A program made the translations under genes and the position numbers. From positions 1-52,656 of the IMG/VR virus record IMGVR_UViG_3300031801_000001: a DNA stretch of 52,656 nt, one strand, 5' to 3'. Below the pieces are notes generated by a model, which was not told the origin of the DNA, did no database searches, and worked only from the letters and a program-made list of their open reading frames with translations. Shown here in pieces: positions 36,418 through 47,300 of the stretch. This DNA is from a virus. Taxonomy: Duplodnaviria; Caudoviricetes. Within the stretch, counting starts at the first letter, position 1; each line of letters starts with the position of its first letter.

Positions 36418-36844
36418 CGGAGTCCTCGGTAGCTTCTTCTGCAATTGCATGTGCCCTAAGATAAGTATCTTCTACTAACCTCAAAGCCTCTTCCCAAGTT
36501 TTAAAAGGAATGGTTGACCACATTTTTGGAGGATAAATTGAAAAAAAACTATTAATACACGAAACTTGCCAATTTTTGATGAAATTCTCGTCCAATTCCC
36601 TCACAAGTCTAATGTTTTTCTCTGAAAGACCGGCTTCCAACATTTGTCTATATTTAATTGTTTGAATGAAAACTAAATCTTTTTCAACAGAAGTCAACAA
36701 TCGAATTGCTAACTCATTGATTTGTCTAATAAAGCTCACTCCATGAACATAGTTAGTTAGTGTTCTAATGAGCCTATAGCAAAAAACTCCAATCACAAAC
36801 CACAAAGCTGCATTGGCTACACTTGATTCAAATAATTCAAACAT
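36374..36844 (-). CDS. Membrane-anchored hypothetical protein
   Basis: N-terminal TM helix; GAGGA RBS. Confidence 0.6.
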   Translation of the reverse strand: MFELFESSVANAALWFVIGVFCYRLIRTLTNYVHGVSFIRQINELAIRLLTSVEKDLVFIQTIKYRQMLEAGLSEKNIRLVRELDENFIKNWQVSCINSFFSIYPPKMWSTIPFKTWEEALRLVEDTYLRAHAIAEEATEDSDENDKYKNIDKNLN

Positions 36845-36924
36845 TGCATTTCCTCGTTTTACGACTCATGCAACAGAATATCATATTTTGTGCTCTCACT
36901 TAATATATTTTATTATTGATTTGT

Positions 36925-36958
36925 AAACACACGAACACAATGCTGTGTTCGTGTGTTT
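36925..36958. terminator. Perfect 15-bp hairpin, probable terminator
   Basis: AAACACACGAACACA-ATGC-TGTGTTCGTGTGTTT. Confidence 0.7.
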
Positions 36959-36990
36959 TTATTGTGAAGGGATTAAACTGACAGTTTAAA

Positions 36991-37524
36991 TTATTTCTTT
37001 GCACTCTCACGCAAAAGCCTACGAGCAACTCGGCGAGCGATTTCTGCCACTAAGGCATCTTCATCAGATTCATCTTTTCCAGCTTCGTTAACTTCAACAT
37101 CAGCAGCGTTTAAATCTTCATCGATTTCATCACTAGCTGATTCTTGCATTGGAACCTCTTCATCACCTAAGTCAAGAGGAAGTTCTCCTTCTGGTTCGCC
37201 CAATGGGGGCTCTTCCATGGGAAGCTCGTCGCCCCCCTCCTCACCCGTTACCGAAACATCAATTCCGGTTTCTGCAGTAATGGCATCGGCAATAGCGTCA
37301 ACTAAGTCTTTTACTACTTCTTCATCTGCAACCGGACCAGCATCCAATTCCGGCTCCAACTCGCCTTCGGGCTCAGGAAGCACTTCACCTTCTTCGTCAG
37401 GCACCGGCATTTCATCCAACTGTTGTCTATCGAAAAAGCTTTCAGTTAGTTGATCACCTTGACCAGCTAGATGCATAAAGCGTCTAATATTTTGCTCTTC
37501 TAAAAGCTGCTTTTTATCGCTCAT
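36991..37524 (-). CDS. Very acidic protein, scaffold/head-core-like
   Basis: E/D/P-rich with a terminal LVAEIARRVARRLLRE helix; ACTATTTA and AGGAG upstream. Confidence 0.6.
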   Translation of the reverse strand: MSDKKQLLEEQNIRRFMHLAGQGDQLTESFFDRQQLDEMPVPDEEGEVLPEPEGELEPELDAGPVADEEVVKDLVDAIADAITAETGIDVSVTGEEGGDELPMEEPPLGEPEGELPLDLGDEEVPMQESASDEIDEDLNAADVEVNEAGKDESDEDALVAEIARRVARRLLRESAKK

Positions 37525-37601
37525 TGATTTGTCTCCTTGACGAGTTTCATCAATAAATAGTGTTTCATATTAGTAAAACCCATTTCTTCTTTACTTAAAC
37601 T

Positions 37602-37841
37602 TTACTTAAAAGAAAAAGCAAAACGTTTACTCAATTTATCTTTTAATTTATCTTCAATCTGTTTAATGCGAACAAAACTTAGTCCCAATCGATTTCCAAC
37701 TTCTCTCAAAGACATTTCACCATGTCGATCAACCGCAATAAGAACACAATTATTATCTTCTTCGTAATCAATCCACGATCTACAGTCCTGAACCGGACAT
37801 GTTACATCTAATTCTAAACATTTTTTGCTACATTCTCTCAT
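37602..37841 (-). CDS. Stand-alone sigma70 region-4 HTH with Cys-rich N-terminus
   Basis: MSLREVGNRLGLSFVRIKQIEDK. Confidence 0.75.
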   Translation of the reverse strand: MRECSKKCLELDVTCPVQDCRSWIDYEEDNNCVLIAVDRHGEMSLREVGNRLGLSFVRIKQIEDKLKDKLSKRFAFSFK

Positions 37842-38161
37842 AAATCTGGATGCTCCTTTTCCATAACGTCAAATATATTTTCAATATCTTTATCGTTCAG
37901 TCCGAACTGATCAATTGTCTCTAATCTTTTCTCCATCAATTTCTTAGATTTATGTCGTTTCATCTTATTGAGAAGAGCTTTTTGTGCTACATAATTCTCT
38001 ATAAATATAAGAATATTTTCATCATGTTCTAGATAGCCAGTCACAAATAATCTAAAAAACTCTGATCTTGTCATGCCATCATATTCCAATCTAATTTTCA
38101 ATCTCGCATGACGTTCCTCTGTGTCAACAAATAAGAAACGCTTCTTAGTTTCTTTAATCAT
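37838..38161 (-). CDS. Hypothetical protein, possibly ribbon-helix-helix
   Basis: RFLFVD...HARLK...MTRSEFFR. Confidence 0.5.
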   Translation of the reverse strand: MIKETKKRFLFVDTEERHARLKIRLEYDGMTRSEFFRLFVTGYLEHDENILIFIENYVAQKALLNKMKRHKSKKLMEKRLETIDQFGLNDKDIENIFDVMEKEHPDL

Positions 38162-39186
38162 TAATACCTCGTTAAAATATGTGGATTACTTTCTTGTTGT
38201 CCTGCGGAAGTTTGAATTATAAATTCAGCAAGGGACCAAAACTGTCTAATATTTCTTGCACCAGAATACGAAAAACCGGACACAATACCCTCTTTAAGTT
38301 CATTCATGATATAACTCACCGCTCCCTTATAGGGCACTACCGTAGAAATCCCTTCAGCGTAAGCAGCACTTCCCTTCCAACTCGCTTGAGCCTTTTTAGA
38401 AGCCATTCCTCTATATTCTTTATATTTTACTCCGTCTTCCGCTACCATAGTTAATCCTGGGGCTTCGTTAGTTCCAGCAAAGAGCGAACCTGCAATGACA
38501 AAATCTGCTCCTGCAGCCAAAGCCTTTACAATATCTCCAGAATTTCTCATGCCTCCGTCTGCGATGATTTTCGCATTAGTTCTCACTTCAGCACAGTCGA
38601 GAATGGTTTGAAACCCTGGGACTCCATGACCAGTTTGAACTCTTGTTGTGCAAATAGAACCTCCGCCAACATTGCACCTAATGCTGTCGGCTCCCCAATC
38701 AGATAAATCGGTATAACCGTCTCCGCCTGCAACATTTCCTGCCATTAAATGAAAGCAATTAGAAATTTCATCCTTTAATTTCTTAATTGTTCTTTCCATC
38801 AAAACATGATGTCCATGAGCCACATCAATACAAATAACTTCTACACCAATATCAATTAGTTCTTTTGCTCTTTCGACAAAATCACCCTTCACGCCGACTG
38901 CAGCAGCAACCGCGCCGGGGGGATCCAAACCCTCAACGGCGTCCTTCGCCATTTTAACTTGGCGATGCAGATCACAATATCTATGAATAATTGCCATGCC
39001 ACCGGCTTTAGCCATAGCGATTGCCATCTTCTCCTCTGAAACGGTGTCCATTGGACTAGAAATAATTGGAATGTCCAACCTGATAAATTCGTCTAATCTG
39101 TTGCCAATATCGATTTCCTTTCTGCTTTCAATGCTACTATATTTAGGAACCAACAAAACATCATCATAGCTCAACATCTTATCCAT
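38161..39186 (-). CDS. IMP dehydrogenase/GMP reductase family, no CBS domains
   Basis: [43 protein letters not shown]. Confidence 0.92.
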   Translation of the reverse strand: MDKMLSYDDVLLVPKYSSIESRKEIDIGNRLDEFIRLDIPIISSPMDTVSEEKMAIAMAKAGGMAIIHRYCDLHRQVKMAKDAVEGLDPPGAVAAAVGVKGDFVERAKELIDIGVEVICIDVAHGHHVLMERTIKKLKDEISNCFHLMAGNVAGGDGYTDLSDWGADSIRCNVGGGSICTTRVQTGHGVPGFQTILDCAEVRTNAKIIADGGMRNSGDIVKALAAGADFVIAGSLFAGTNEAPGLTMVAEDGVKYKEYRGMASKKAQASWKGSAAYAEGISTVVPYKGAVSYIMNELKEGIVSGFSYSGARNIRQFWSLAEFIIQTSAGQQESNPHILTRY

Positions 39187-39650
39187 TACTTTCTCTCCAT
39201 AAAGCTCATCATGGGAGCCATATTTTCTCCATCAAATATCACAACCATCGATGGAAAAGGAGCAGAGTTCTTGGAGTTTCCAAATTTCAATCTTCCTTTC
39301 ACAAATCGAATCTCTCTAGCGTGGGTACAGTATTCGTGAAAATATCTAGTATCTGTTCTTGCGGGCAGCAGACATACTATAATTGCATTTCCTCTCTCGT
39401 TGTAAGCTTTCTTAATCCAATTCTTAATCTTAGAATACGGTGGATTCATAAACACAATATGCTTTGCCCAAGATTTAGAAAGTCCATCATCTTCCTCGGT
39501 AAAATATTCATCACACTTATGATTCTTGTCAGAAGCACAAGGATCAAGCGTGAAACCAAACTGTGAGTTTAGTTTATCATAAAACTCCAAAGAAGTACTC
39601 CAACTATCTGATTTGGAACTGAACATTGTTTTCTGAGTTGATTTATTCAC
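39186..39650 (-). CDS. Phage N6-adenine DNA methyltransferase (Dam-like)
   Basis: FTLDPCA, DGL..SW, FMNPPYS, LLPARTDT. Confidence 0.9.
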   Translation of the reverse strand: MNKSTQKTMFSSKSDSWSTSLEFYDKLNSQFGFTLDPCASDKNHKCDEYFTEEDDGLSKSWAKHIVFMNPPYSKIKNWIKKAYNERGNAIIVCLLPARTDTRYFHEYCTHAREIRFVKGRLKFGNSKNSAPFPSMVVIFDGENMAPMMSFMERK

Positions 39651-40098
39651 CAGTTGAACCCAAAGAACCCTCGCCGCGTTCACTGATCGTAATTGGATAC
39701 CACTCATATAAATCTTCACTACCTTCAACCGCTCTAAATGAAACAACTGGAATCATTACCAATTGTGCAATCTTTTGTCCAGGCTCAATTATTTGTATAT
39801 CATTTCCGACATTATGAAGATTGATAAAAACCTCCCCACTATATCCCGAATCAATTACATGAGCACCAACTAATAAACTTCGCTTACCAGCAACGCTTGA
39901 TCTGTTTTTAACCTCCAGCATAAAACCGTGAGGAATTCCAAAACGCAAACCAGTTTCCAGCATAACGCTATTGCCGGGACGGAGATCAACACTCAATCTA
40001 TTTTCAGGGCAAAAGAACACATCCAGTCCCGCATCAGATGGATTTGCCCTTTGTGGAGGAATTGCGTCTAAGTGCGTTCTTACGTATTCAATAATCAT
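39643..40098 (-). CDS. dut: Trimeric dUTPase
   Basis: DAGLD, RSS, VIDSGYSGE, IAQLV, RGEGSLGSTG. Confidence 0.95.
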   Translation of the reverse strand: MIIEYVRTHLDAIPPQRANPSDAGLDVFFCPENRLSVDLRPGNSVMLETGLRFGIPHGFMLEVKNRSSVAGKRSLLVGAHVIDSGYSGEVFINLHNVGNDIQIIEPGQKIAQLVMIPVVSFRAVEGSEDLYEWYPITISERGEGSLGSTGE

Positions 40099-40277
40099 TG
40101 TATTTTCTCCATTTCTTGACAGTGAAAAAGCAATTCCTGTTCTCTAACCAAAACTCTATAAATTTCATATGGTTCGTCAGAAGAATAGCCAGTAATGCTC
40201 ATTCTGTTTATACTACTATCTGGGGCGCCCCCCCAAAACCTCACAAGATCTCCAACTTTTGTACTTGCTTCTTTCAT
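40095..40277 (-). CDS. Small SH3/KOW-like protein
   Basis: KVGDLVRF...YRVLV. Confidence 0.55.
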   Translation of the reverse strand: MKEASTKVGDLVRFWGGAPDSSINRMSITGYSSDEPYEIYRVLVREQELLFHCQEMEKIQ

Positions 40278-40278
40278 A

Positions 40279-43200
40279 TCATCCCAACAACTTCAAATTC
40301 TTCCAAAGTTGCCTGACGCTGAATCCCCACTGCTCATCGTAGTCCAACTTCCCCATGTATGGATGATTTATAAAAATCTTATCCTTTTCTGGACGGACTC
40401 CCCAACATTTGATTCTAGTAATTGTGCTGGAGGAATCAATCACCTTCATGATGTAGTACGCCTTATTGTTCTTTGTTTTCTTGAGAACTACCTCTCTCGG
40501 AATAAACCAAGCAACTCCTAAATTATTATCCCATTCACCAATTGGCGGAATGCAATATTCATCTAATTTCTTAACAACAGAATCATCCATCACCATTTCT
40601 AAAGGAAATTTGCCAGTCAAACTAACAATGTTTTCAAGCTTCTCTTGGTTAGTAAACTCGCCTTCGGGTTTATACAATTCAATATTCTCCAAAAACTTTA
40701 CTTCCTTTCTCGCTCGATCCACAGCCACACAACTCCAAAAGTGTTTTGCACCAGAGAACCGTTTATCCATCAGAATGTCCAAGGCGTCGCTGCGGCATAA
40801 AACATCCAAAGCCTTCTTGTTGAGTTTACTATAAACAATACTCTCGTTAAAAAGAAAATCTTCAATATTTTTAAATGGTCTATTTTGCATAATTTGTGCA
40901 ATTGCAGCTTCGCCCAAACCTTTAATTGTATTGAGAGGTTGAATTAGGGTTTTGCCATCATCAGAAAGCTCCCAAACAACTCCTGAGGAATTTATGTCAA
41001 GGCTCTTAATTTCATAACCAAATCCCTTAACTATTGTAATTGCTTTTTCCTTTTTGGTATCGGAAGCATTATCTAAGTGTGCAGCCATCCATTCATCTTG
41101 ATAATAATTTAGCAGCCAAGCGCACTGATAGGAGATTAAGCTATACGCAATTGCATGGGATTTATTAAAACCATATCCCGAAAATAATACAAACTTGTCC
41201 CACAAATCCTGTGTCTGTCGCTCGGTCAACTTCTTCTCTTGACAACCATCAAAGAACTTCTTCTTGATTTTATTGAGCTTTTTAACACTCTTGCTGGCAT
41301 CCTGCTGACGAGCCTGGGAATGCTCAGTTACCAGAAGCTTTCTTAATACATTGCCCTCGTCCAGAGAAATATTCTTGCCCAACTTGTGAGCGAGCAATGC
41401 AATCTGCTCTTGGAATATAAGCAGCCCATATGTTTCCTTGGTTACATCCTTTACCAAAGGATGAACATACTCAATGGAACTTGGATCTTCTTTGGCTTCT
41501 AAATACATCTTGTCCGCGCCGGCACCTAAAGTGGCAGGACGATAAATGGCAGTAATTGCCGCCAAGTCAGTAATGTTTTGAGGTTTAGCTCTTTTACAGA
41601 AATTCTGTGTTCCGGCTTCTGTAAACTGAAACACACTCGCCCACTTACCAGCATGATAAATGTTTTTGTATACACTCTGATCATTCAAATCAATTCGATC
41701 TGGGTGGAGCTTCTCATTGTAATAATCCTTAATATCCTCAAAGGTTGGATCTTCAACTCCCTCATGTCGAACGAGAATATGATGGATTGCATTCTCTAAC
41801 ATCTGTAAAGTGTCGAGAGCCAAAATATCAAACTTAATAAAACCCATAGGCTCTAAGTGCTTGACTCGTAAACCTTCCGTCCACGGAGTTTGTCTAACGT
41901 CCTTGCTCTTGATAATGGGCATGTATTTAGACATATCTTCAGCAATCACAACGCCGCCAGCATGGCGACCGCACGACTTAACTGAGCCATGAATGGATTC
42001 AATGTGAGTGCCAATATCAGGATGCTTGGTCAAGAAAGCTTTAAGTGAATCACTATATAACATCACCTCTTCGTATGTTGGCTGATACACTCCAGCCTTG
42101 ATTCCTTTCGCTGCTTTAGCTTTAGGAGTCGCCTCTTGCATCATTCTGTTCGTGACAGCATTTACTTCTTGAAATGAGATGTTGTAGAATTTAGAAACGT
42201 CCTTAATTAAACTTCGAAGCTGCAATGTATTCCAATTAGAAATTGGAACCACTTTATCTTCACCCCACTTTTCAATCAATCTTTCTTTCACTCTCCAGTT
42301 GTTTCCAATATCATAATCAATATCTGGATAGTCTTTTGCGTCTGCTCTCAAAAATCTTGAGAAGAGGAGATTGTATTTAATTGGATCAACCTGTGTGATT
42401 CCCAACACGTATGCAACAAGCGAACCTGCCGCAGAACCTCTACCGGCTCCAGAAATCTGTTCACTTGAAGCCATGTCTGCAATGGCTTTCATCATCAAAA
42501 AGTATTTTGAAAAGCCTCTGTCTTTAATAATAGAAATCTCACCCTTTAATCGATCAATATATTCAGTATCAGTCAAACCCATATTCTTCATATTGTCCAC
42601 ACAAAGCCTAACCAATGCCTGCTCCGGGGTATTGCCTGCGGGGACAACAAAATCAGGAAGCCTTACCGTGTTATCGGGAATGAACTTTTCAATTCTCTTG
42701 TGAGCAATGTCGTGTGTTCTTTCCATGCTTTCGCGGATTTCATCATCGTTATATTCAATACCAAGATTGCCTGAATACTTCTTGTAAGCTTCCCACATTT
42801 GCTCCCCATTTTTAGGGTATAGCTCATAGCCTGTTTCATCAACAGAAACGGGAATGTCGTCAGAAAGCCAGTCTGGTCTTTTCCTTCCAATCCAGCCTAA
42901 TCTTTTATAGAGTTCGCGGTCCTTCCACGATTCGGGAGATGGGTAATGACTGTCAGCAGTGGAAATTAATTGCGTCTCCATCTCTCTTGCAATTTGAATT
43001 ATATATTGATTTAATTCATGTTGTTCTGGGATACTATTCCATTGAACTTCTGCGTACCATCTGTCGCCAAAGGTGTCTTGCATCTTGCGAGTTGTCTCTC
43101 GCATTGTTTCCAAAACTGCCTCCGAACCTTGATCTTTGTTTTCCCAATAATCTTTGGCGTAGATGCCACCAAGACAGGCTGAAGAAGCGATAATTCCCTC

Positions 43201-43731
43201 GCTGTGTTCTCTTAGCATAGAATAATCCATGCGAGGATAACTATAAAAATTCTTTGGATCATACGACTTGGTTACAAGCTGAAATAGATTACTCAGCCCA
43301 ATTTGATTCTGCGCAAGAAGAATGATGTGATTTCTTCGATTCAGCTTTTTGTTGCTCTTCCTCGATAAACCCTCATCCTCAATAGAAATACCAGACTCGT
43401 CACCTTCGTCCTTTTTCTTTCGACCTTTCTTTTTAGCTTTCTCGATCTCAAACTGGGCGCGTTCCTTTCGCCATTCCTCAATTGAGGAAATAAAATAGGC
43501 TTCGATTCCATAAATTGGTTTAAAGTCTTTGCCATCTTCAAGCATTTTCTTTGCGTGCAAAACCTGATAAGGCAAACCATTCATATTGCCATGATCTGTC
43601 AAAGCCAAGGCATCAGAACCATTCTCAAAAGCGAAATCCATATGTTTATTCGGGTAACCAAGTCCGTCAAAAGGTGAACCAGCAGTAGAGTGAGCGTGTA
43701 AACCTACAAATGGAATTTTACTCTTGCACAT
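40279..43731 (-). CDS. dnaE: DNA polymerase III alpha subunit (family C)
   Basis: PHP domain LHAHS...ALTDHG, GRGSAAGSLV, PDIDYD, KFDIL, YGFNKSHA. Confidence 0.96.
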   Translation of the reverse strand: MCKSKIPFVGLHAHSTAGSPFDGLGYPNKHMDFAFENGSDALALTDHGNMNGLPYQVLHAKKMLEDGKDFKPIYGIEAYFISSIEEWRKERAQFEIEKAKKKGRKKKDEGDESGISIEDEGLSRKSNKKLNRRNHIILLAQNQIGLSNLFQLVTKSYDPKNFYSYPRMDYSMLREHSEGIIASSACLGGIYAKDYWENKDQGSEAVLETMRETTRKMQDTFGDRWYAEVQWNSIPEQHELNQYIIQIAREMETQLISTADSHYPSPESWKDRELYKRLGWIGRKRPDWLSDDIPVSVDETGYELYPKNGEQMWEAYKKYSGNLGIEYNDDEIRESMERTHDIAHKRIEKFIPDNTVRLPDFVVPAGNTPEQALVRLCVDNMKNMGLTDTEYIDRLKGEISIIKDRGFSKYFLMMKAIADMASSEQISGAGRGSAAGSLVAYVLGITQVDPIKYNLLFSRFLRADAKDYPDIDYDIGNNWRVKERLIEKWGEDKVVPISNWNTLQLRSLIKDVSKFYNISFQEVNAVTNRMMQEATPKAKAAKGIKAGVYQPTYEEVMLYSDSLKAFLTKHPDIGTHIESIHGSVKSCGRHAGGVVIAEDMSKYMPIIKSKDVRQTPWTEGLRVKHLEPMGFIKFDILALDTLQMLENAIHHILVRHEGVEDPTFEDIKDYYNEKLHPDRIDLNDQSVYKNIYHAGKWASVFQFTEAGTQNFCKRAKPQNITDLAAITAIYRPATLGAGADKMYLEAKEDPSSIEYVHPLVKDVTKETYGLLIFQEQIALLAHKLGKNISLDEGNVLRKLLVTEHSQARQQDASKSVKKLNKIKKKFFDGCQEKKLTERQTQDLWDKFVLFSGYGFNKSHAIAYSLISYQCAWLLNYYQDEWMAAHLDNASDTKKEKAITIVKGFGYEIKSLDINSSGVVWELSDDGKTLIQPLNTIKGLGEAAIAQIMQNRPFKNIEDFLFNESIVYSKLNKKALDVLCRSDALDILMDKRFSGAKHFWSCVAVDRARKEVKFLENIELYKPEGEFTNQEKLENIVSLTGKFPLEMVMDDSVVKKLDEYCIPPIGEWDNNLGVAWFIPREVVLKKTKNNKAYYIMKVIDSSSTITRIKCWGVRPEKDKIFINHPYMGKLDYDEQWGFSVRQLWKNLKLLG

Positions 43732-44626
43732 TATCTACCCCCACGAGATTAAATTCTCTATAACAACGAATGATATCAAGTTCTGGTCTTATAATCTCTA
43801 AAGCGTCACCGCTTCCCAAATATTTGCCATAATTTTCCCAGCTATCAATACCATAATAAAACAACAATTCGTTCAAAATCCAACTATCTTTTGTTTCTTC
43901 ATATGTAATCTCTATATTAACAGATTTAAAGATTTTGTCAAGAGAAAAGAACCTAGCTGAATATCTTTTTTCCAGGGGGAGCCTTTTGGTTTGTATTTTT
44001 GGATGACCTTTTTCTTTAATGCCGGTGCCTTCTTTTATTATATAATTCTTTATGTCTCGCAACTCTTCAGCAGTAAACGTGAACCCTAAGTATAAACCAT
44101 CTTTAATAGTTTGTCCATTATAAGCAAGAGCAAATCCTCTATTTGAAGATATATATTTTCTCATTGAACCTAAAAATTCTACTGGATAAACGCCATAAGG
44201 AAATGAAACATAATATCTATTTGGCGCTGTCCATCTGCTAATATTAGAGCTAACTGATTTAGCTGTCATAGCGCCATGAATCACACTCCACCCTAATGAA
44301 TCTCGCCTTCCCCTGTCTCTCGGATTGATGGGAACATAAAAAATAGGAATCTTTCTGTCTCTCTGTTCAAAATTAAGTCTACTCATGCAAATAGGATCTT
44401 GAGCAAAATCACCAAGCCGATGTTTTATCAGTGGTTCAATATCGTCATTACAAACAATCCAAATAGTTTCACAACCAGCATATGCACACTCAACCACGGA
44501 ACGTTCAACTGCCAGATAGTCTTGTCCTACGGGCATCAACGCATCGTGCCATGGCATATTGAAGTCTAATTTTTGACCAGCAACAGGAACAATGCCAGCT
44601 AAATGAAACGCACCATTACCGGGCAT
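43718..44626 (-). CDS. Sugar-phosphate nucleotidyltransferase-fold protein (GT-A)
   Basis: GIVPVAG...ALMPVG...ECAYAGCETIWIV. Confidence 0.6.
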   Translation of the reverse strand: MPGNGAFHLAGIVPVAGQKLDFNMPWHDALMPVGQDYLAVERSVVECAYAGCETIWIVCNDDIEPLIKHRLGDFAQDPICMSRLNFEQRDRKIPIFYVPINPRDRGRRDSLGWSVIHGAMTAKSVSSNISRWTAPNRYYVSFPYGVYPVEFLGSMRKYISSNRGFALAYNGQTIKDGLYLGFTFTAEELRDIKNYIIKEGTGIKEKGHPKIQTKRLPLEKRYSARFFSLDKIFKSVNIEITYEETKDSWILNELLFYYGIDSWENYGKYLGSGDALEIIRPELDIIRCYREFNLVGVDNVQE

Positions 44627-45545
44627 TTAAATAAATCTCTCCTCCCAAGGTCTGAGTTGTCTTGTACAGATAATCATCTATGGGAAATTGTAGCTTATAA
44701 TCTTCAGCAATCTCTTCTTCGCTCAACGCAATGAATGTAATATCGCCTTCTTGTTTTGAAGAGAAATCATAAAATGGAATCACATCCCTTCTCTCATATT
44801 CAATTGCTGGTAAATAATAAGAGTATTTACTTGGATCATGTACATCTTTTCCATTTCTAGTGCCTCGGATTCCAAGCTCTTTCATTATTTTAAGTACTTT
44901 GAATTTAACAAACGTGTCAGTATACTGAACGTCTCTAAGTTGTTGTCCAACCATAAAAGAAATTGCCGCAATATCTTTAGCATTTCTTATTTGTGCCTTA
45001 TAAAAATAAATCTCTTTTACGAAATCATCATTAGTGAATGTGTAATCAATATTATGTTTATTGCCTCTCCGAACATTAAACCAATCAACAACCTTATATT
45101 TTTTGATTCTGTCAGACAAAGAGAAGGGCAAACCCCGAACATTCTCGTTATCAAATACAAACAATTTACCAAATTTGCCCTTAATAACTCTAGATCTCCG
45201 AGTTACAACTTTAAATTCATTATCATCTTGAATTCTAAATGAAGCCGACTTAAGAGAAAGAGGACACAATCCCGAAAGAGATAAAACAAAAAACAACTTT
45301 TGCCATACCTCAAATCTCGGCAGACCAACCTCCACAATACCATTCCCAGTGTTTAGTTCATAGCTTCTCGGTTCAAATCCAAACTGTCCAAGATCAAAAT
45401 TTGAATCAAAAAATTCAAATGGTAATGGAGGTTTGTCGGCATTAATAATTATTGGATATTTGTTCAAATAAGCAAACATCAATGCATTTAAGCCACTTCC
45501 TACAACCAAATTATCGTATGAATATGAATGATTAAGTTTAATCAC
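44616..45545 (-). CDS. Hypothetical protein with an N-terminal Rossmann/FAD-binding-like motif
   Basis: YDNLVVGSGLNALMFA. Confidence 0.5.
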   Translation of the reverse strand: MIKLNHSYSYDNLVVGSGLNALMFAYLNKYPIIINADKPPLPFEFFDSNFDLGQFGFEPRSYELNTGNGIVEVGLPRFEVWQKLFFVLSLSGLCPLSLKSASFRIQDDNEFKVVTRRSRVIKGKFGKLFVFDNENVRGLPFSLSDRIKKYKVVDWFNVRRGNKHNIDYTFTNDDFVKEIYFYKAQIRNAKDIAAISFMVGQQLRDVQYTDTFVKFKVLKIMKELGIRGTRNGKDVHDPSKYSYYLPAIEYERRDVIPFYDFSSKQEGDITFIALSEEEIAEDYKLQFPIDDYLYKTTQTLGGEIYLNAR

Positions 45546-45561
45546 GTAAACGTATCAAATG

Positions 45562-46566
45562 TTAAATAATTTCTTTATTCGAACTGAAAGTGATGTCCAC
45601 TGTTGGGTTAGTACCACTTTTGATAAAAGTCTGCATTTCGTCCATGGATTGGAATCTTTTCTCTTCGTCTCCAACTAAAATAACAAAACCACCGTACTCT
45701 TCCAAAACATCAATCTTGTTGATAATGAGATCGGTGACTCCATTAACTTTAATAGCACGTTGTAGTCTTTCCCAGTTCATCCAATTACATTGTCTTGGGC
45801 GCCCTGTGGTTGCTCCAAACTCTTCACCTAGCCTTCTAATTGTATGCCAAAATACCTGATCGTGAGGTTCAAATGACTTCGCACCAACATATGTTTCATA
45901 AATCTTCGCTACGCCATAAACCCGGCGAATCGCTTGAGCGGGAATACCTGAATTCAAAACTGCACCAATGCCAGTATTTGAGCTTGTAACAAATGGATAG
46001 TCACCATGATCAATATCTAAGCAAAATCCCTGAGCCCCTTCAAATAAAGCCACAACTCCATCACCATGTAGCTCATCAATTGAATCAACAAGACGAGAAC
46101 GCAAAAGAGGCTCGTCCACGTCTTCTGCTCGGATACCCCTGCGTGCAAACTTATCAGTATAGCACTGACCAATACCTCTCTTGGTTGTTCCGATTTTAAC
46201 ATCTTTTGAATCTTCATTAAGATGCTTGTCTGTAACAATATGAGCGTTATGAGCAATTCTTAGATTGTCAAAAGCTTTAATGCCCTTGCTCTCCAACTCT
46301 TCGATCTCTTCAAAGAGAGTTTTTACATTGATAACGCAACCGGGTCCAATAATTGATGTTTTATTGAAAAAAACACCCGCTGGAAGGAGGTGAGTAATGC
46401 ATTTTTCGCCCTCATGATAAATTGTATGTCCAGCGTTTGCTCCGCCGTTGAATCTTACAACATGAGTGTACTCTGGGTTCTTCGCCAGATTGTAAGATAC
46501 TTTACCCTTGGATTCGTCTCCATGTTGAAGACCTAAAACTACATCAGCTATCATTGCTTTCTCCAT
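45562..46566 (-). CDS. purA: Adenylosuccinate synthetase, short form
   Basis: QHGDESKGK, GGANAGHT, EGAQG..LDIDHGDYPFVTSS, GATTGRPR, NKID. Confidence 0.93.
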   Translation of the reverse strand: MEKAMIADVVLGLQHGDESKGKVSYNLAKNPEYTHVVRFNGGANAGHTIYHEGEKCITHLLPAGVFFNKTSIIGPGCVINVKTLFEEIEELESKGIKAFDNLRIAHNAHIVTDKHLNEDSKDVKIGTTKRGIGQCYTDKFARRGIRAEDVDEPLLRSRLVDSIDELHGDGVVALFEGAQGFCLDIDHGDYPFVTSSNTGIGAVLNSGIPAQAIRRVYGVAKIYETYVGAKSFEPHDQVFWHTIRRLGEEFGATTGRPRQCNWMNWERLQRAIKVNGVTDLIINKIDVLEEYGGFVILVGDEEKRFQSMDEMQTFIKSGTNPTVDITFSSNKEII

Positions 46567-47300
46567 TTGGTTCTGTCAGAACCAAATAGATTCCATTTGG
46601 CTCAATGATCGTACAACCGCATTTAACAGATATACTATCAAGCCAACCATTTGCATCCTCCACACTCCACACAATTTCTTTAACTTGATTGTTACCTTCA
46701 TCTGACTTAAAAATTTCAGATACCGAAACATGATATTCTTCCTTTTTCACGTCTAAGCCATGAAAATAGTTTGTTCTAACCATTGCAATTCCATTTTCAA
46801 TAATAATAGTGCCTAATTCAATCATCTTTAACCGCCTTTTTAATTTCCATTTCTTCCAATAAATTCAAAGCTTTATCAACAAATTCAGCAGTTGGTCTGA
46901 CCTTATTAAGAGTCATGGCAGCTTTTTGCAATGTCGCCTTAATCAACTTTCTATAAACATCGGGACAATTAGATTTATTTACCACCTCCTCGGCAATATA
47001 CTTTTCAATATTTTCTAGAACTTCCCATGAAAGCAATTCAGTTTTGGCAGGATGAAATACTTCAATTTTCGATTGAGAACGAACAGGAACGAAATAATGT
47101 AATACATTTTGTGCCTTGTCCTTGTTTTCTATTTTGTTTTGAGTTCTCTCTAGATGAGAGACAACATCATGCGGGGGAATTCCGCTTACATCGATATACA
47201 CAACAACAATGGGCATTAAACCATTCTTAACGCCTTCTTCCAAAACAACAACTCTCTTCTTTAGTTTATTGATATCTTCAAAATTCCGACTAGGTAACAT
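46544..47300 (-). CDS. Two hypothetical proteins (46544-46825, 46818-47300)
   Basis: Overlapping ORFs in the run. Confidence 0.55.

Noticed and set aside
45562-46566. PurZ / 2-aminoadenine (Z) genome
   Set aside because: The motif is GDESKG with the PurA catalytic Asp, not the Ser of PurZ (GSTGKG). No DatZ, MazZ or DpoZ is recognised nearby.
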